Notes: generated from the sequence alone by a model not told the origin. A DNA stretch of 64,000 bases from an uncultured Nitrospiraceae bacterium (GCA_963706325.1 CAVPLT010000001.1:768001-832000), one strand, 5' to 3'. Shown: positions 1 to 10,794, numbered from the stretch's first letter. A program made the numbers and translations.

Positions 1-198
1 ATATTGCTGTTTCACCATGCTGAAGCCTTGCTGTTGGATAATACTTGCCGAGACAATCAGCACTGGGGGCTGGTCATGACGCCGGACACGCATCCGACTC
101 CGACTCGTGACAATTTAGTGGCGTCCAATGTGTTGCTCCCGAACCCTCGAGGATCGATGGTCGTTACAGAGCAGCCTCTTGCAGATATTGGGCGATAG
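1..198 (+). CDS. C-terminal end of a protein truncated by the window, possibly a right-handed beta-helix repeat protein
   Basis: Frame is open from base 1 to TAG at 198; 'LLLDNTCRDNQHWGLVM' resembles parallel beta-helix repeats. Confidence 0.45.
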   Translation: MLLFHHAEALLLDNTCRDNQHWGLVMTPDTHPTPTRDNLVASNVLLPNPRGSMVVTEQPLADIGR

Positions 199-307
199 TT
201 CGACTCTCATCGAGTGACCGCTCTCCCAGAATTGCGGCCGACATGTGGTAGAGCGGTCTGAAGGAAAGGGTGAAGAGAGGTTACCTCTGACGAGAGCGCG
301 AGGATGG

Positions 308-1210
308 CTAAGGCCCGGCGGGGGAATGAAACTGAAACCGGCTCCCCCCGTGATGCTTCGCGGTATACATGGCTCGATCGGCATGTCTCAGAAGTTCGTC
401 GATATCTTGGTCGTCCATTGGGTACAGGGTGATTCCGATACTGGCGCCGATTGAGACAGGATGGGGGCCGATATCAAAGGGCACGCCAATCGACTCCACA
501 ATTCGAGTTGCAACCACAGCCACATCTGCCTCCCCAGAGATGCCTTCAAGAATCGCAGTAAACTCATCCCCGCCCATGCGCGCGACCGTATCCACTTCGC
601 GAACACATTCCGTGAGCCGCGTGGCGACGACCTTTAACAGCTGGTCCCCGGCATCGTGCCCTAGGGAGTCATTAACGGCTTTAAAGCGATCCAGATCGAG
701 GAGCATGATCGCCAGAGGTTGATCCTTCCGTTTGCTGCGCGCCATGGCATGGACTAATCGATCACGGAAGAGAGTGCGATTGATCATGCCGGTTAGCTGA
801 TCGTACTGGGCGAGGTAAGTCAGGCGTTCCTGGGCCCGTTTGCGTTCTATAGCATAGAGAATTGACCGTGCCAGAAAGTCCGCTCCGCCTTGTCCCTTCA
901 CTAGATAATCCTGCGCTCCCTGTTGAATCGCCTGCAGCGCGAGCGGATGGTCATCGTGTCCGCTCAACACGACGACCGGTACGCCGGGGCTTGTGGCTAG
1001 TACTTGTGTGACTGTGCTGAGACCATCGGTATCAGGGAGCGAAAGATCGAGGAGGACGACATCAAACCGACCACGGCTGAGTTTGACCAAGCCCTCCGCC
1101 AAAACGGAGGCATGAGAAATCTCGAATTGGTCGTGGGTCCATTCGGCAAGGAGATCTTGCGTGAGCTGGGCATCAACGGGATTATCTTCAACCAGAAGGA
1201 CTTTGATCAT
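308..1210 (-). CDS. Response-regulator diguanylate cyclase (REC-GGDEF)
   Basis: REC motifs VLLVEDN, VLLDLSLPD, QDYLVK; GGDEF intact; RxxD I-site (REVD). Confidence 0.95.
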   Translation of the reverse strand: MIKVLLVEDNPVDAQLTQDLLAEWTHDQFEISHASVLAEGLVKLSRGRFDVVLLDLSLPDTDGLSTVTQVLATSPGVPVVVLSGHDDHPLALQAIQQGAQDYLVKGQGGADFLARSILYAIERKRAQERLTYLAQYDQLTGMINRTLFRDRLVHAMARSKRKDQPLAIMLLDLDRFKAVNDSLGHDAGDQLLKVVATRLTECVREVDTVARMGGDEFTAILEGISGEADVAVVATRIVESIGVPFDIGPHPVSIGASIGITLYPMDDQDIDELLRHADRAMYTAKHHGGSRFQFHSPAGP

Positions 1211-2285
1211 GGCTTGTCATTCTGGAGTCTGACGAGAGATGGTTCCGTCGTATCGTCTGGTAATAAGTAAGGGGGATAAAGTTTCATTGGAGCACATGGT
1301 TGGAAGGATGATGGTGAAATGTTCATCGTGTATGTGGTCAGACTGGTCTGATGCGGCAGCGTGGGACATCCCCTGAGTTGAAGAACGCTCGACCTGCGTC
1401 CGGCTTGAAAGGAATTCTAACATTTCATCTTGAAGCTTCAAGTAATAGCGCCCTTCCATCCGGTGGCACGGTTGGTTGCAATTGGTTTCCTCCGGATAAC
1501 CAGCAGCATTGGCTGAAAGATCCCATGAGTCGCCCATCCCACATTCACAGCCAGTGAGATCGCCTGGACAGACCCCATTTTAAATACCACGGCCAACCAA
1601 GTTGACTCCTGTCTTCATATTTCTCCGCAGCCTCGCTTCGATCACAAGGCGCGCTTCCGTGGCTCAAGCGGGCCTGCTCTAGATCGCTGATTCTTCTAAG
1701 CCGGGAGCGAACTATGGTTCTGTCTGGGCAGACGGCATTCTGGCGAAGCGCGAATGTCAGGCGGGCCGGCGATTTCGACCTGTGAACTCTCAGTGCGGCC
1801 CCGGTCACATCGCGTATGCGTCGTAGAGGTAACGGAGGGTGATTGAGCAGTACGCGAAGCAGTGGCCCTATCTCCGGCGTTATGCTAGGCGGTGATCAAA
1901 CTGAGTCGGACTTAAATCCACCGCGATTCGAAGGCCTGGGCGATTGGGTTGCTACAAGGGATTCCGGATATCGGGATCACGGCGATCAGAATTTATATGA
2001 TGGAGGACACAATCTTCGCGCTGCTCCCCGTGCCCTACGATACGCACTACATTGTTGAAGAGAATGTGCGCATAACTGCGCAGCTATGCAGTGCCGGTGA
2101 ATGACGGGGAGCGCTATCGGGCGATGCCTCCTTATCCTCAGCCGCGCGACTATCTTCGGAAAGTTAGGACCTGTTGCAAGAAATTGAATCGCGAGTGCAA
2201 GCAAGTCCTTGGAAGTCGGCCTGCCCCGCCATCCACTACAAGCCACCTCAGCACGCCGAGTCATGAAATAAAGATGAGCCCTGAG

Positions 2286-2761
2286 TCATCGCGTGAGCGT
2301 TATGTGAGCAAAGAGAGCCCGTCCATTTAGTGCGTCTTGCAGTGCCCTAATGAGTGCGACTGAAGAGGACTCGTCGGCCTCGACAAGCCCGCGATATTGT
2401 TGTTGGGCCACTACAAAAAATGCTCTGTGCTGTTCGGACGGCACGCCAATCCCTCTGGTCATCCCTCCCTAGAGCGTGTCGAACGTGCTGACAACGACCT
2501 TGTTCGTCAGATGTCCTGCCATGACCTTGCCGTCGTTCGTGCATCCTGAGGTTACAGAGCTGAGTCCGAATGTTTGACTGCCGAAAGTGGCGTCTGTTGC
2601 GTCATCATCACTTGGGGCGCAATATTCTTCGGAGTCTTGTAGTCCCAGGCCAGTCTCCCCAACCCGCATCCTGGGCCATTGTCCAGGTTCACGGCATAAT
2701 CCCCCGTGGTTTTGATGCTGACCATAATCACTGTGAGTGCAATACACCATCGTCTCTTAAT
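2286..2761 (-). pseudogene. DUF3015-family secreted protein pseudogene
   Basis: Manual translation: signal peptide, NGPGCGLGRLAWDYKTPKNIAPQVMM, frameshift, ATFGSQTFGLSSVTSGCTNDGKV, in-frame TAG at 2469-2471, GVPSEQHRAFF...VALIRAL; start appears mutated to ATT after an AAGGTGA RBS. Confidence 0.75.
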
Positions 2762-3191
2762 GCAGTCACCTTTTCTGTCGGCTCACATCCCGAATTAAGA
2801 GAAATCATGCTGGGGCTGCAGACGCTTCTCCATACGTAATCATCTTTTTTGGGTTATCCATTTGAATTCCCATTCATTCACGTCCAAAACTGAGTGGTTT
2901 GGGCGAAAGGTCGATCCAGGTGGGCAGGCCAAGTGAGGAATCAGCTCAGTGCTCCTACGATTCTCGGTATGATTGGATAGCGGACGGATGTATTTTGCAA
3001 TCTAAGTATCAATACAGGGCGTAAACCATGCAAATTCGTGCCTCAAGCATCTGGTCCGTAAGGGTGCACCTGTGTACCGTCACGCAGTCCTAGACCAGTC
3101 ATAATGTCCCACGCTAGCTGCTGCCCCTCCTCCGTACTCCATCGGGATAGGTCCTCTGCGGCATAGGCAGATTGGCCGTCTCCGGCTACGA

Positions 3192-3549
3192 TTGAAACAT
3201 AAGCGTCACAGAGACAGAGGAAGGAAGGTAGATGAGTGCAGAGATCATGTTTCGAGCGGACTTCAGGCCGGTTGCCGCAGAGACGCTTTCGGAACATACG
3301 GGCTGCGTACAATCTCTCTCTTCCAGCGCATGTACGATTTTCGCTCGATGCCAACCCCAGCCTGGAGCATAGGTTGAGATGCGATTGTACCTGCCGAGTG
3401 AGGCATGGCCGATTCGAGTGGACCACGCTAAGGTGACGTGGGGATATTGGGATTCGTTTACTGTGGAGTTTTTTGATCTGCCGGCTGGCGACCAGGAGCG
3501 TCTAGAAGGTTATCCCTCGGTGGCGACCGCTCCTGCGGCGATATTCTGA
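3192..3549 (+). pseudogene. PilZ-domain protein pseudogene
   Basis: Frame from 3241: GCVQSLSSSACTIF...PGA*VEMRLYLPSEAWPIRVDHAKVTW...FTVEFFDLPAGDQERL; TAG at 3370-3372; probable frameshift near 3240. Confidence 0.65.
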
Positions 3550-3592
3550 GTTAGTTGTACTCCACCCTGACACATACGACAAGGAGGCTAAT

Positions 3593-3949
3593 GTGAAGAC
3601 ACGCTACAGTGCGCGAAAGAACGCTACATGTAAGGTGACGCTCTCATGCGGCGAACGAGTGGGGGAAGGATCGGTGGTGGATCTAACGGTGCCTGGATGT
3701 CAATTGGAAACCCCTCTGCTACTAGAACCCGGACAGGGCGTCCAGCTTCGAGTCCATCTCGACAATCATCATCCGATGCGTATTGATCTCGGCATCGTGC
3801 GATGGACGAAAGGCGGCAAGGCGGGCGTTGAGTTTATCCGCATGGCCGAGTTGGACCAAATTCGTCTGCGTTTTTATGTCGGGTATATCGAGAAACGATC
3901 GCGGTCAAGTAAGAGTTGGGGCGAGGCGCCAATGTGTGTAGGCTTTTGA
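3593..3949 (+). CDS. PilZ domain c-di-GMP receptor
   Basis: RxxxR (RYSAR), DxTxxG (DLTVPG), VRW..G..AGVEF; AAGGAGG RBS. Confidence 0.9.
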   Translation: MKTRYSARKNATCKVTLSCGERVGEGSVVDLTVPGCQLETPLLLEPGQGVQLRVHLDNHHPMRIDLGIVRWTKGGKAGVEFIRMAELDQIRLRFYVGYIEKRSRSSKSWGEAPMCVGF

Positions 3950-4002
3950 GAGGCATCTAAAACTCAGTCCGCTGCCCTCTGGTTTCGGGAGAACGATGAA
4001 AA

Positions 4003-4374
4003 ATGAAAGATCGTGCAGAGATGTTCCTCAATGCTAAAGTAAAGACGCTGATACGTCATCTGGTGATGTCATTTCCGCATGCCGCCATTCTGTCTCGTCC
4101 AGTTGAGGATAGGTACCATCTCTTCCTCATCGTGCCGTATGGCGCTGTTCCCGAAAAATCCATACGAGTAGAAAGAACCCTCCTCGTCGAGCGGCATCCA
4201 TCTGTGCATGACTTTATCTTCCTGCTAGACAGGCTCAAGCTCACTTCTTTTCTCGAGAGCCATGATCGGTACGATCTCACTCATGGCAGGTGGAGCCAGC
4301 AAATCAGAGTGGGCGAGACTTCGGTCATCGCACCTTCAGATCAACAGATGCTAACCCAACGTCTAGAGGTCTAA
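4003..4374 (+). CDS. Hypothetical protein
   Basis: 123-aa ORF directly after pilZ; shares LDxLxLxxFLE with 57358..57708. Confidence 0.55.
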   Translation: MKDRAEMFLNAKVKTLIRHLVMSFPHAAILSRPVEDRYHLFLIVPYGAVPEKSIRVERTLLVERHPSVHDFIFLLDRLKLTSFLESHDRYDLTHGRWSQQIRVGETSVIAPSDQQMLTQRLEV

Positions 4375-5077
4375 GACTGACGCCGCTCAATGGGCTTCTA
4401 ATCAGTCGTAGTTCGCTGTTGAGATTGATCCACTACCTCCGCCTTGAGCTCTCCGGACTTGCACATCGCAAAACGGGGACGCTGGTTGTCCGGGTAAGCA
4501 CTCCGCGAATAACCCTCCCTACCAGGAGATGTGTAGGTGTCGCACTCATACCCCACGCCGACGGTCTCCAGACCGCCAGCATGAGACACCAGATAGGTAT
4601 GCTCTCCGTGAATGGGGGAGCTGTAACGGCTGTAACCCTCCGATGGGTACAATCTAGAGATAAGGAGATTCTCCCAATACACGCCTTTAACGGCGTGAGC
4701 CACTGTCTGGCTATGAACCAGAGTGATTGTGAGGTTACGTTCCGCCGCTTGGCAAACTCTGAGGAAATTTTCTTCCCGAGTGACTATTCTTTGAGTTTCA
4801 GTTCCGCTCGCTTTGTGGGGGTCATGGGATCACTGACATTCTGATGTGTAAATGTCTAAAGCAGATTCTGCCGCACCATTCCAGCTCAGAGCAGATACCC
4901 CCCGCGTCTTTACCTCTTGGTTGTTGCAGCGCACGCAGGTCCGAGGCTTCTGTCCTGGCTGAATGCGTGGACTCTGCCTAATGTTGCTGCCGCGGAATGG
5001 ACATTTTTCACTCGACGGCTTGGTCATGGGGTACCTCCCATGGGGATCGAGCTGCCGGAGTGGCCTTATGAAACGTC

Positions 5078-5320
5078 TCACTTCATTTTCCGCAGCAGTC
5101 CTCTCAAATTGTCTTTGATGCCGAGTCCGCGGGCCAGCGACCGAACCTTTCTGAAGAGTATTAATCCTGAAATGAGGAAAAAGATAAAGATCGCCAACGA
5201 AATATAGAAAAGGATTTTCGCGATATGCGAGGCGTCGGCAGAAATGTCGGTGAAACCAAATGCGGCCGCAATGATCGCAATCAGAAGGAATATTGCAGCC
5301 CACATGAAAAACATGAGCAC
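5078..5320 (-). CDS. DUF1328 (YtjA-like) small membrane protein
   Basis: WAAIFLLIAIIAAAFGFTDIS...IAKILF signature. Confidence 0.85.
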   Translation of the reverse strand: MLMFFMWAAIFLLIAIIAAAFGFTDISADASHIAKILFYISLAIFIFFLISGLILFRKVRSLARGLGIKDNLRGLLRKMK

Positions 5321-5348
5321 CTCCCGACAAGTGGTGACGTTAGGGCAG

Positions 5349-5579
5349 TCACTTCTGCCTTTTTGCGGCTTTTCTGAACGCTTTGGATAAAGCCGGAGGA
5401 TTTTTTATCGCCATCTCATCGTTCAGGTCCTCATCGATCTCTTCGCCGTCGGTCAGTCGCTTGCGCGTGACCTGTAACTTCCAGACTTCTCTCGACAGTT
5501 GGCGGAGGATCTCCTCGATCCTGGACAGTTGATTAGAGGCTTTTTTCTTCATTCGATGATTTCGCGCTATATGGGGCAT
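5349..5579 (-). CDS. Small basic coiled-coil hypothetical protein
   Basis: MKKKASNQLSRIEEILRQLSREV; start overlaps the upstream stop (TAATG). Confidence 0.55.
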   Translation of the reverse strand: MPHIARNHRMKKKASNQLSRIEEILRQLSREVWKLQVTRKRLTDGEEIDEDLNDEMAIKNPPALSKAFRKAAKRQK

Positions 5580-5788
5580 TACTTGGGAGTGCGTTGGTGT
5601 TTTTTTTCCAGCGATTTATGACCGATCTTGTCGATCGCTTTAGGCTTCGGGACGGGTGACACGGCGTCCTCGTCTGATCCACGTTGGGGGGACCGTGGGG
5701 GTGCCGGGTGTAATTGCCCCACCGCTTTGACCAACTCCTTGAGGGATTGCTCGATTCGGTCTAACCGATCACGGACTTTCTTTTTCAT
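5579..5788 (-). CDS. Small basic coiled-coil hypothetical protein, paralog of the downstream ORF
   Basis: MKKKVRDRLDRIEQSLKELVKAV; GGGAGG RBS. Confidence 0.6.
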   Translation of the reverse strand: MKKKVRDRLDRIEQSLKELVKAVGQLHPAPPRSPQRGSDEDAVSPVPKPKAIDKIGHKSLEKKHQRTPK

Positions 5789-5914
5789 GCTCCCTCCCTA
5801 TTGGAAACCCTCAAGTAAGGTTCCCTCCATTGTGAAGGCGGACAGGAACACGGACAATTCAGCCGTTTCAGGAACATTCTCGATTATAAGGGTTGCGGAT
5901 GTGCTTGAAAAGGT

Positions 5915-5991
<77 letters not shown>

Positions 5992-6078
5992 ATCGGATAC
6001 TAACAGGCGTGTGAAATGAGAGTCAAGGAAAGCTGCGCGACAATTGCATTCGTGGGAGGAGAATGATAAAGCGTGACC

Positions 6079-7029
6079 ATGCGGATTGTATTCATGGGGA
6101 CACCGGACTTCGCGGTGCCGTCGCTCGAAGCGTTGCTCAAGTCAGACGACCAGGTGGTTGGAGTAGTCACGCAGCCTGATCGACCAAAGGGTCGGGGACA
6201 AGCGGTCATTCCATCACCGATAAAAGTCGTCTGCCAGCGCGAAGGAATCCCGATGCTGCAACCGCTTAAGATGAAGGCACCTGAATTTATGGAGGCGTTG
6301 CGGCAGTGGAAGCCGGATGTCGTTGCCGTCACGGCGTTTGGTCGCATTCTCCCGCCGGCGATTCTAGCGCTTCCGCCTCGAGGCTGCATCAACGTGCATG
6401 GATCGCTCTTGCCGAAGTATCGCGGCGCAGGTCCCGTCCAGTGGGCTGTCATCAATGGTGAACGAGAAACCGGCATCACGACCATGATGATGGATGAAGG
6501 CATGGATACTGGTAACATGTTGTTGCAGGAGCGGGTGGTGATTCGACCTGATGATACTGCCGGCACGCTTGCGTTGCGGCTGGGCGAAGTGGGGGGACGG
6601 TTGCTGGTGGACACATTACGTCAGCTCAAGGCAGGGACGCTCAACCCTCAACCACAGGACCCTTCACTGGCGACCATGGCGCCCTTACTCAAGAAAGAGG
6701 ATGGCCTGATTGATTGGACGTTGCCAGCCCCGGATATTGCGAATCGCGTGCGTGGGTTATTGCCCTGGCCTGGAGCCTATACCTATGTGAACGGCGAACG
6801 ATGGGTTTTGTGGCGCGTGGCTGTCAGTGAGGGGTTTCCGGGCGCGGTTGCCGGGACAGTCACCCAAGTGACTAAAGATAAAATCGAGGTGGCGACTGGC
6901 CGCGGGACCATCCAAATTGTCGAAATCCAGCCATCCAATAGTCGGCACATGACGATGACCCAGTATCTAGCCGGCCATCGCCTGACCCAAGGAATCAGTC
7001 TGCAGGCCCATCCCCCAGCGAAAGGTTGA
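6079..7029 (+). CDS. fmt: Methionyl-tRNA formyltransferase
   Basis: MRIVFMGTPDFA, INVHGSLLPKYRGA, MDTG. Confidence 0.98.
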   Translation: MRIVFMGTPDFAVPSLEALLKSDDQVVGVVTQPDRPKGRGQAVIPSPIKVVCQREGIPMLQPLKMKAPEFMEALRQWKPDVVAVTAFGRILPPAILALPPRGCINVHGSLLPKYRGAGPVQWAVINGERETGITTMMMDEGMDTGNMLLQERVVIRPDDTAGTLALRLGEVGGRLLVDTLRQLKAGTLNPQPQDPSLATMAPLLKKEDGLIDWTLPAPDIANRVRGLLPWPGAYTYVNGERWVLWRVAVSEGFPGAVAGTVTQVTKDKIEVATGRGTIQIVEIQPSNSRHMTMTQYLAGHRLTQGISLQAHPPAKG

Positions 7030-7102
7030 CGACCGACCGAGTCACCGATACGTTGCTCGCAATCTTCCTTGTCTATGCCCCCATCCAATAGCGTCTGACC
7101 AT

Positions 7103-8506
7103 ATGCCACAATTATCCGCTACGGCCAAACCATCAGGACGGCGCGCCGCGACGAAGGCCTTGCTTGCAATCGATAAAGCGGGCCTTCTGCCGGGCGACTT
7201 GTTCGACAAGATTGTCGAGAGAGAATCATTAGATCAGCGAGAGCGGGCCTTCATGGTGGAATTGGTGCGTGGCGTTTTACGCTATCGCGGGACGCTCGAT
7301 TGGCGACTAGGATTGCTAATGGATCGACCGATCGCGCGACTGCCTGCGCTCGTCCAGAACATCCTCCGTCTCGGCGCCTATCAACTGCTGTATTTGGACA
7401 AAGTCCCAGAGTCGGCGGCTGTCAATGAGTCTGTGCAGATGATGAAACTGCACCGGAAGCGGTTCAGTCGCGATTGGAGTGGACTCGTCAATGCGGTACT
7501 GAGAGCCTTGCTGAGGATGTCGGAACCCAATTGGCCCGATGCTGCTCACGATCCTGTTGAGGCCTTCACTGTTCGTTATTCTTGTCCGGCGTGGCTCGTC
7601 GAACGCTGGTGTCGACAGTGGGGGATTGAACAAGCGGAGATCTTGTGTCGCGCTTCGGTGGAGCTACCTCCGCTGACGTTGCGGGTTAATGCGCTCCGGA
7701 CATCCCGCAAGGGGATGCTGGATGAACTGGCGGCGGCTCAGAGAGAAGCCATTCCGACAACGGTTAGTCCTGTGGGCATTCAGATGGCCCGCAGCAGTTC
7801 TGTCCCCGATCTTCCTCGCTATGACGATGGGTGGTTTTATGTGGAAGATGAAGCGGGGCAGCTCATTCCGCTATTGTTGGATGTGCAGCCTGGCCAGCGG
7901 GTGCTGGACGTTTGTGCCGCGCCTGGGGGAAAGGCGACACACCTTGCGGCGCTCATGGCCAATCAAGGCGAAATCATCGCGGTGGACCGGGCTGCCGCTC
8001 GCCTGGATCTGGTGATGGACAATTGTCGACGCCTCGGTGTAACCCTCGTGACACCGCTCGAAGGTGATTTACGTATGTTGATCACACAAGCACAGCGCTC
8101 CTCCACACAGTCGGCTCTGCGCCGTCCGTTCGATCGAATTCTCCTCGATGTTCCGTGCAGTGGGCTCGGTGTGTTGCGGCGCCATCCGGAAGGAAAGTGG
8201 TATAAAACTCCGGAATCGATCGGGCAACATAGGCAAACGCAGAGCGAGTTGCTTGCGGTGGCGAGCAGTCTCTTGCGACCCGGTGGGCTGTTGGTCTATA
8301 GTACCTGCTCAATTGAACCGGAAGAAACCGAATCGGTTATCGACGAATTTTGTCAGTTGCATCGCGAATTCCAGCGTGAATCAATCGCGTCATGGATACC
8401 GCCAGCCGGTCTGCCGTTCGTGACCCCGAGAGGGGACCTGTCTACGATGACCAATACGAACAAGATGGATGCGTTTTTTGCCGCTCGACTGCGGAGGTGT
8501 GAATAA
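7103..8506 (+). CDS. rsmB: 16S rRNA m5C967 methyltransferase
   Basis: NusB-like N-terminus, CAAPGGK, DVPCSGLG, YSTCS. Confidence 0.95.
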   Translation: MPQLSATAKPSGRRAATKALLAIDKAGLLPGDLFDKIVERESLDQRERAFMVELVRGVLRYRGTLDWRLGLLMDRPIARLPALVQNILRLGAYQLLYLDKVPESAAVNESVQMMKLHRKRFSRDWSGLVNAVLRALLRMSEPNWPDAAHDPVEAFTVRYSCPAWLVERWCRQWGIEQAEILCRASVELPPLTLRVNALRTSRKGMLDELAAAQREAIPTTVSPVGIQMARSSSVPDLPRYDDGWFYVEDEAGQLIPLLLDVQPGQRVLDVCAAPGGKATHLAALMANQGEIIAVDRAAARLDLVMDNCRRLGVTLVTPLEGDLRMLITQAQRSSTQSALRRPFDRILLDVPCSGLGVLRRHPEGKWYKTPESIGQHRQTQSELLAVASSLLRPGGLLVYSTCSIEPEETESVIDEFCQLHREFQRESIASWIPPAGLPFVTPRGDLSTMTNTNKMDAFFAARLRRCE

Positions 8507-9210
8507 TGGCCGGCCGGACCGTCCGTATTGCGCCGTCTATTCTATCGGCGGACTTTGCCCGTCTCGCAGAAGAGGTGACGCGGGTCGAGCAAGCTGGTGC
8601 TGACTGGCTGCATATCGATGTCATGGATGGACACTTTGTGCCGAATATGACTGTCGGTCCTCTGATCGTCGAAGCCGTGCGAAAGGTCACCACGCTGCCC
8701 TTGGATGTGCATATGATGATCACCAACCCGGATGCTTTCATCGGTGAATTCGCCGATGCGGGCGCCGATTATTTGACGGTCCATGTCGAAACTTGTCCGC
8801 ATTTGCATCGCACGATTCAATCGATCAAAGAGCGGGGCGTCAAAGCGGGCGTAACGCTGAATCCTGCGACGCCCGCCGTCATGTTGACAGAAATTATTCG
8901 CGACGCCGATCTTATTCTCGTCATGTCGGTGAGCCCTGGGTTTGGAGGCCAGAAATTTATTCCGTCGTCATTGGAAAAGATTGCCGAGGTGCGCACGATG
9001 ATCGACCGCGTGAATAGTCGGGCGCTTCTTGAAGTCGACGGGGGAGTCAAGCCAGACAATGTGGAAGAGATTTTGGCCGCAGGCGCAGAGGTGCTGGTCG
9101 CAGGATCAGCGGTATTCTCAACCGATGACTATGCCGCAGCCATTACGGCGTTGAGAGCCGGACGCCCACCCGCCGCGAGCACCAGTGGCATGGCCACAGC
9201 TCAGCGATAG
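8506..9210 (+). CDS. rpe: Ribulose-phosphate 3-epimerase
   Basis: IAPSILSADF, HIDVMDGHFVPN, EVDGG. Confidence 0.98.
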   Translation: MAGRTVRIAPSILSADFARLAEEVTRVEQAGADWLHIDVMDGHFVPNMTVGPLIVEAVRKVTTLPLDVHMMITNPDAFIGEFADAGADYLTVHVETCPHLHRTIQSIKERGVKAGVTLNPATPAVMLTEIIRDADLILVMSVSPGFGGQKFIPSSLEKIAEVRTMIDRVNSRALLEVDGGVKPDNVEEILAAGAEVLVAGSAVFSTDDYAAAITALRAGRPPAASTSGMATAQR

Positions 9211-9237
9211 AAGAGGCGTCAGACCGCACCGTGGTTC

Positions 9238-10782
9238 ATGGATAACCTTCACCCCCTGGAATGCAGCGTGTTGCTGGCGCTGAGCCGGGAGGCAGACTCG
9301 CCCTCCACGCTTGATCAACTTACCAAGTCCACCGGGTTGGATCCTTCCCAGCTGAGCATGGCTGTGGAATGGCTGCTGGCTAAATCATTGATTGCCATCC
9401 ATGCAGAAACGGTTGCGCATCTCGCCTCATTGACGCCGGTCGGCGAATTATACTTTGAGCAGTTTTCCCCCATTGAACGTGTCCTGTCGGCAGCCCGAGA
9501 GGCCGGCCAGACCGGAAAACGCCTCACGATCCAGGATATTCAGGCCAAGGAAGGCCTCGAACCGTCGGATGTGAGCAAGGCGGTGGGAAGCCTCAAAAAA
9601 GAAGGCGCGGTCCTGATTGTGCAGGGTGGGTGCGTCGAAAGTACCGGCCGCACAAGTCCAACGGCTGAGGCGATGCGGACCCTGTTGCAGGAGTTACGGA
9701 GTGGGCAACGGGAACTGCACACATTTGCTGAACCTCTGCGGACTGTGCTCCAGCAGCATGCGGTGAAGCGCGGGAATGCGCGTGAGCCGTTCAGAATCGA
9801 TGAGCGGGTCACGCGCTCATTTGTGCTGACCTCTGATGGACAGTCTTCGGCTCAGCGCCTGTTGCGCGATGGGGTGGCGGAAGAAGTGTCTCAGCTGACG
9901 CCCGAGCTTCTCAAGGAAGGTGCGTGGCGGAATAAGCGATTCCGGAAATATACGATCAGTTTGCGCGCTCCGAGGATTGCTGCGGGGAAGCGGCACCCCT
10001 ACCGTGAGTTTCTCGATCTCGTCAAGATGAAGCTTGTCAGCATGGGGTTTCAAGAAATGCGAGGAACGCTTGTCGAAACCGAGTTCTGGAATATGGATGC
10101 GTTGTTCATGCCGCAATTCCACCCGGCGCGCGATATTCACGATGTGTATTTTGTAAAGAAACCGACCCACGCTACCACCATTGACGAGCCCTACTTGACG
10201 CAGGTCGCGCAAGTGCATGAGAAGGGGACGGGGGCCGGATCGACTGGTTGGGGTTATACATTCAACGCCGAACGCGCGAAGCGCCTGGTTCTGCGGAGTC
10301 AAGGGACGGCGGTGTCCGCGCACACGTTGGCCGGAGGCGCGTCCGTTCCGGGAAAGTATTTCTCGATCGCCCGATGTTTTCGATACGATCAGGTCGATGC
10401 CACTCATGCCACCGATTTTTTTCAGGTTGAAGGAATTGTGTTGGGCGCGGATATCAACTTTCGGACCTTGCTCGGATTGCTTAACTTGTTCGCACGGGAA
10501 GTAGCGCAAGCCAAAGAGGTCAAATTTCTTCCAGCCTACTTTCCCTTCACCGAGCCCTCAGTCGAAATGCACGTGCGGCATCCTAAATTGGGATGGATGG
10601 AATTGGGCGGTGCCGGTTTGTTTCGCCCGGAGGTGACGACTCCCCTGGGGGTGTCTGTTCCGGTCATTGCTTGGGGGCTTGGGCTCGATCGCATGGCTAT
10701 GGTGGCCCTCGGTATCCACGACATCCGTGATTTGTTCTCCACGGATCTGGACTTTATTCGCACCATGCGGGGCAGTTTTTAG
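9238..10782 (+). CDS. pheS: Phenylalanine-tRNA ligase alpha subunit, archaeal/eukaryotic long type
   Basis: 514 aa with an N-terminal extension of about 230 aa; WNMDALFMPQFHPARD, YFPFTEPS, GLFRPE, AWGLGLDR. Confidence 0.95.
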   Translation: MDNLHPLECSVLLALSREADSPSTLDQLTKSTGLDPSQLSMAVEWLLAKSLIAIHAETVAHLASLTPVGELYFEQFSPIERVLSAAREAGQTGKRLTIQDIQAKEGLEPSDVSKAVGSLKKEGAVLIVQGGCVESTGRTSPTAEAMRTLLQELRSGQRELHTFAEPLRTVLQQHAVKRGNAREPFRIDERVTRSFVLTSDGQSSAQRLLRDGVAEEVSQLTPELLKEGAWRNKRFRKYTISLRAPRIAAGKRHPYREFLDLVKMKLVSMGFQEMRGTLVETEFWNMDALFMPQFHPARDIHDVYFVKKPTHATTIDEPYLTQVAQVHEKGTGAGSTGWGYTFNAERAKRLVLRSQGTAVSAHTLAGGASVPGKYFSIARCFRYDQVDATHATDFFQVEGIVLGADINFRTLLGLLNLFAREVAQAKEVKFLPAYFPFTEPSVEMHVRHPKLGWMELGGAGLFRPEVTTPLGVSVPVIAWGLGLDRMAMVALGIHDIRDLFSTDLDFIRTMRGSF

Positions 10783-10794
10783 GACGATTACACG

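Noticed and set aside
1464..1480. Sigma-54 promoter-like TGGCACGGTTGGTTGCA
   Set aside because: GG-to-GC spacing is 11 nt rather than the required 10
1217..2280. Short ORFs and possible gene remnants upstream of the cyclase
   Set aside because: No recognisable motif; interrupted frames; cannot be supported without a search
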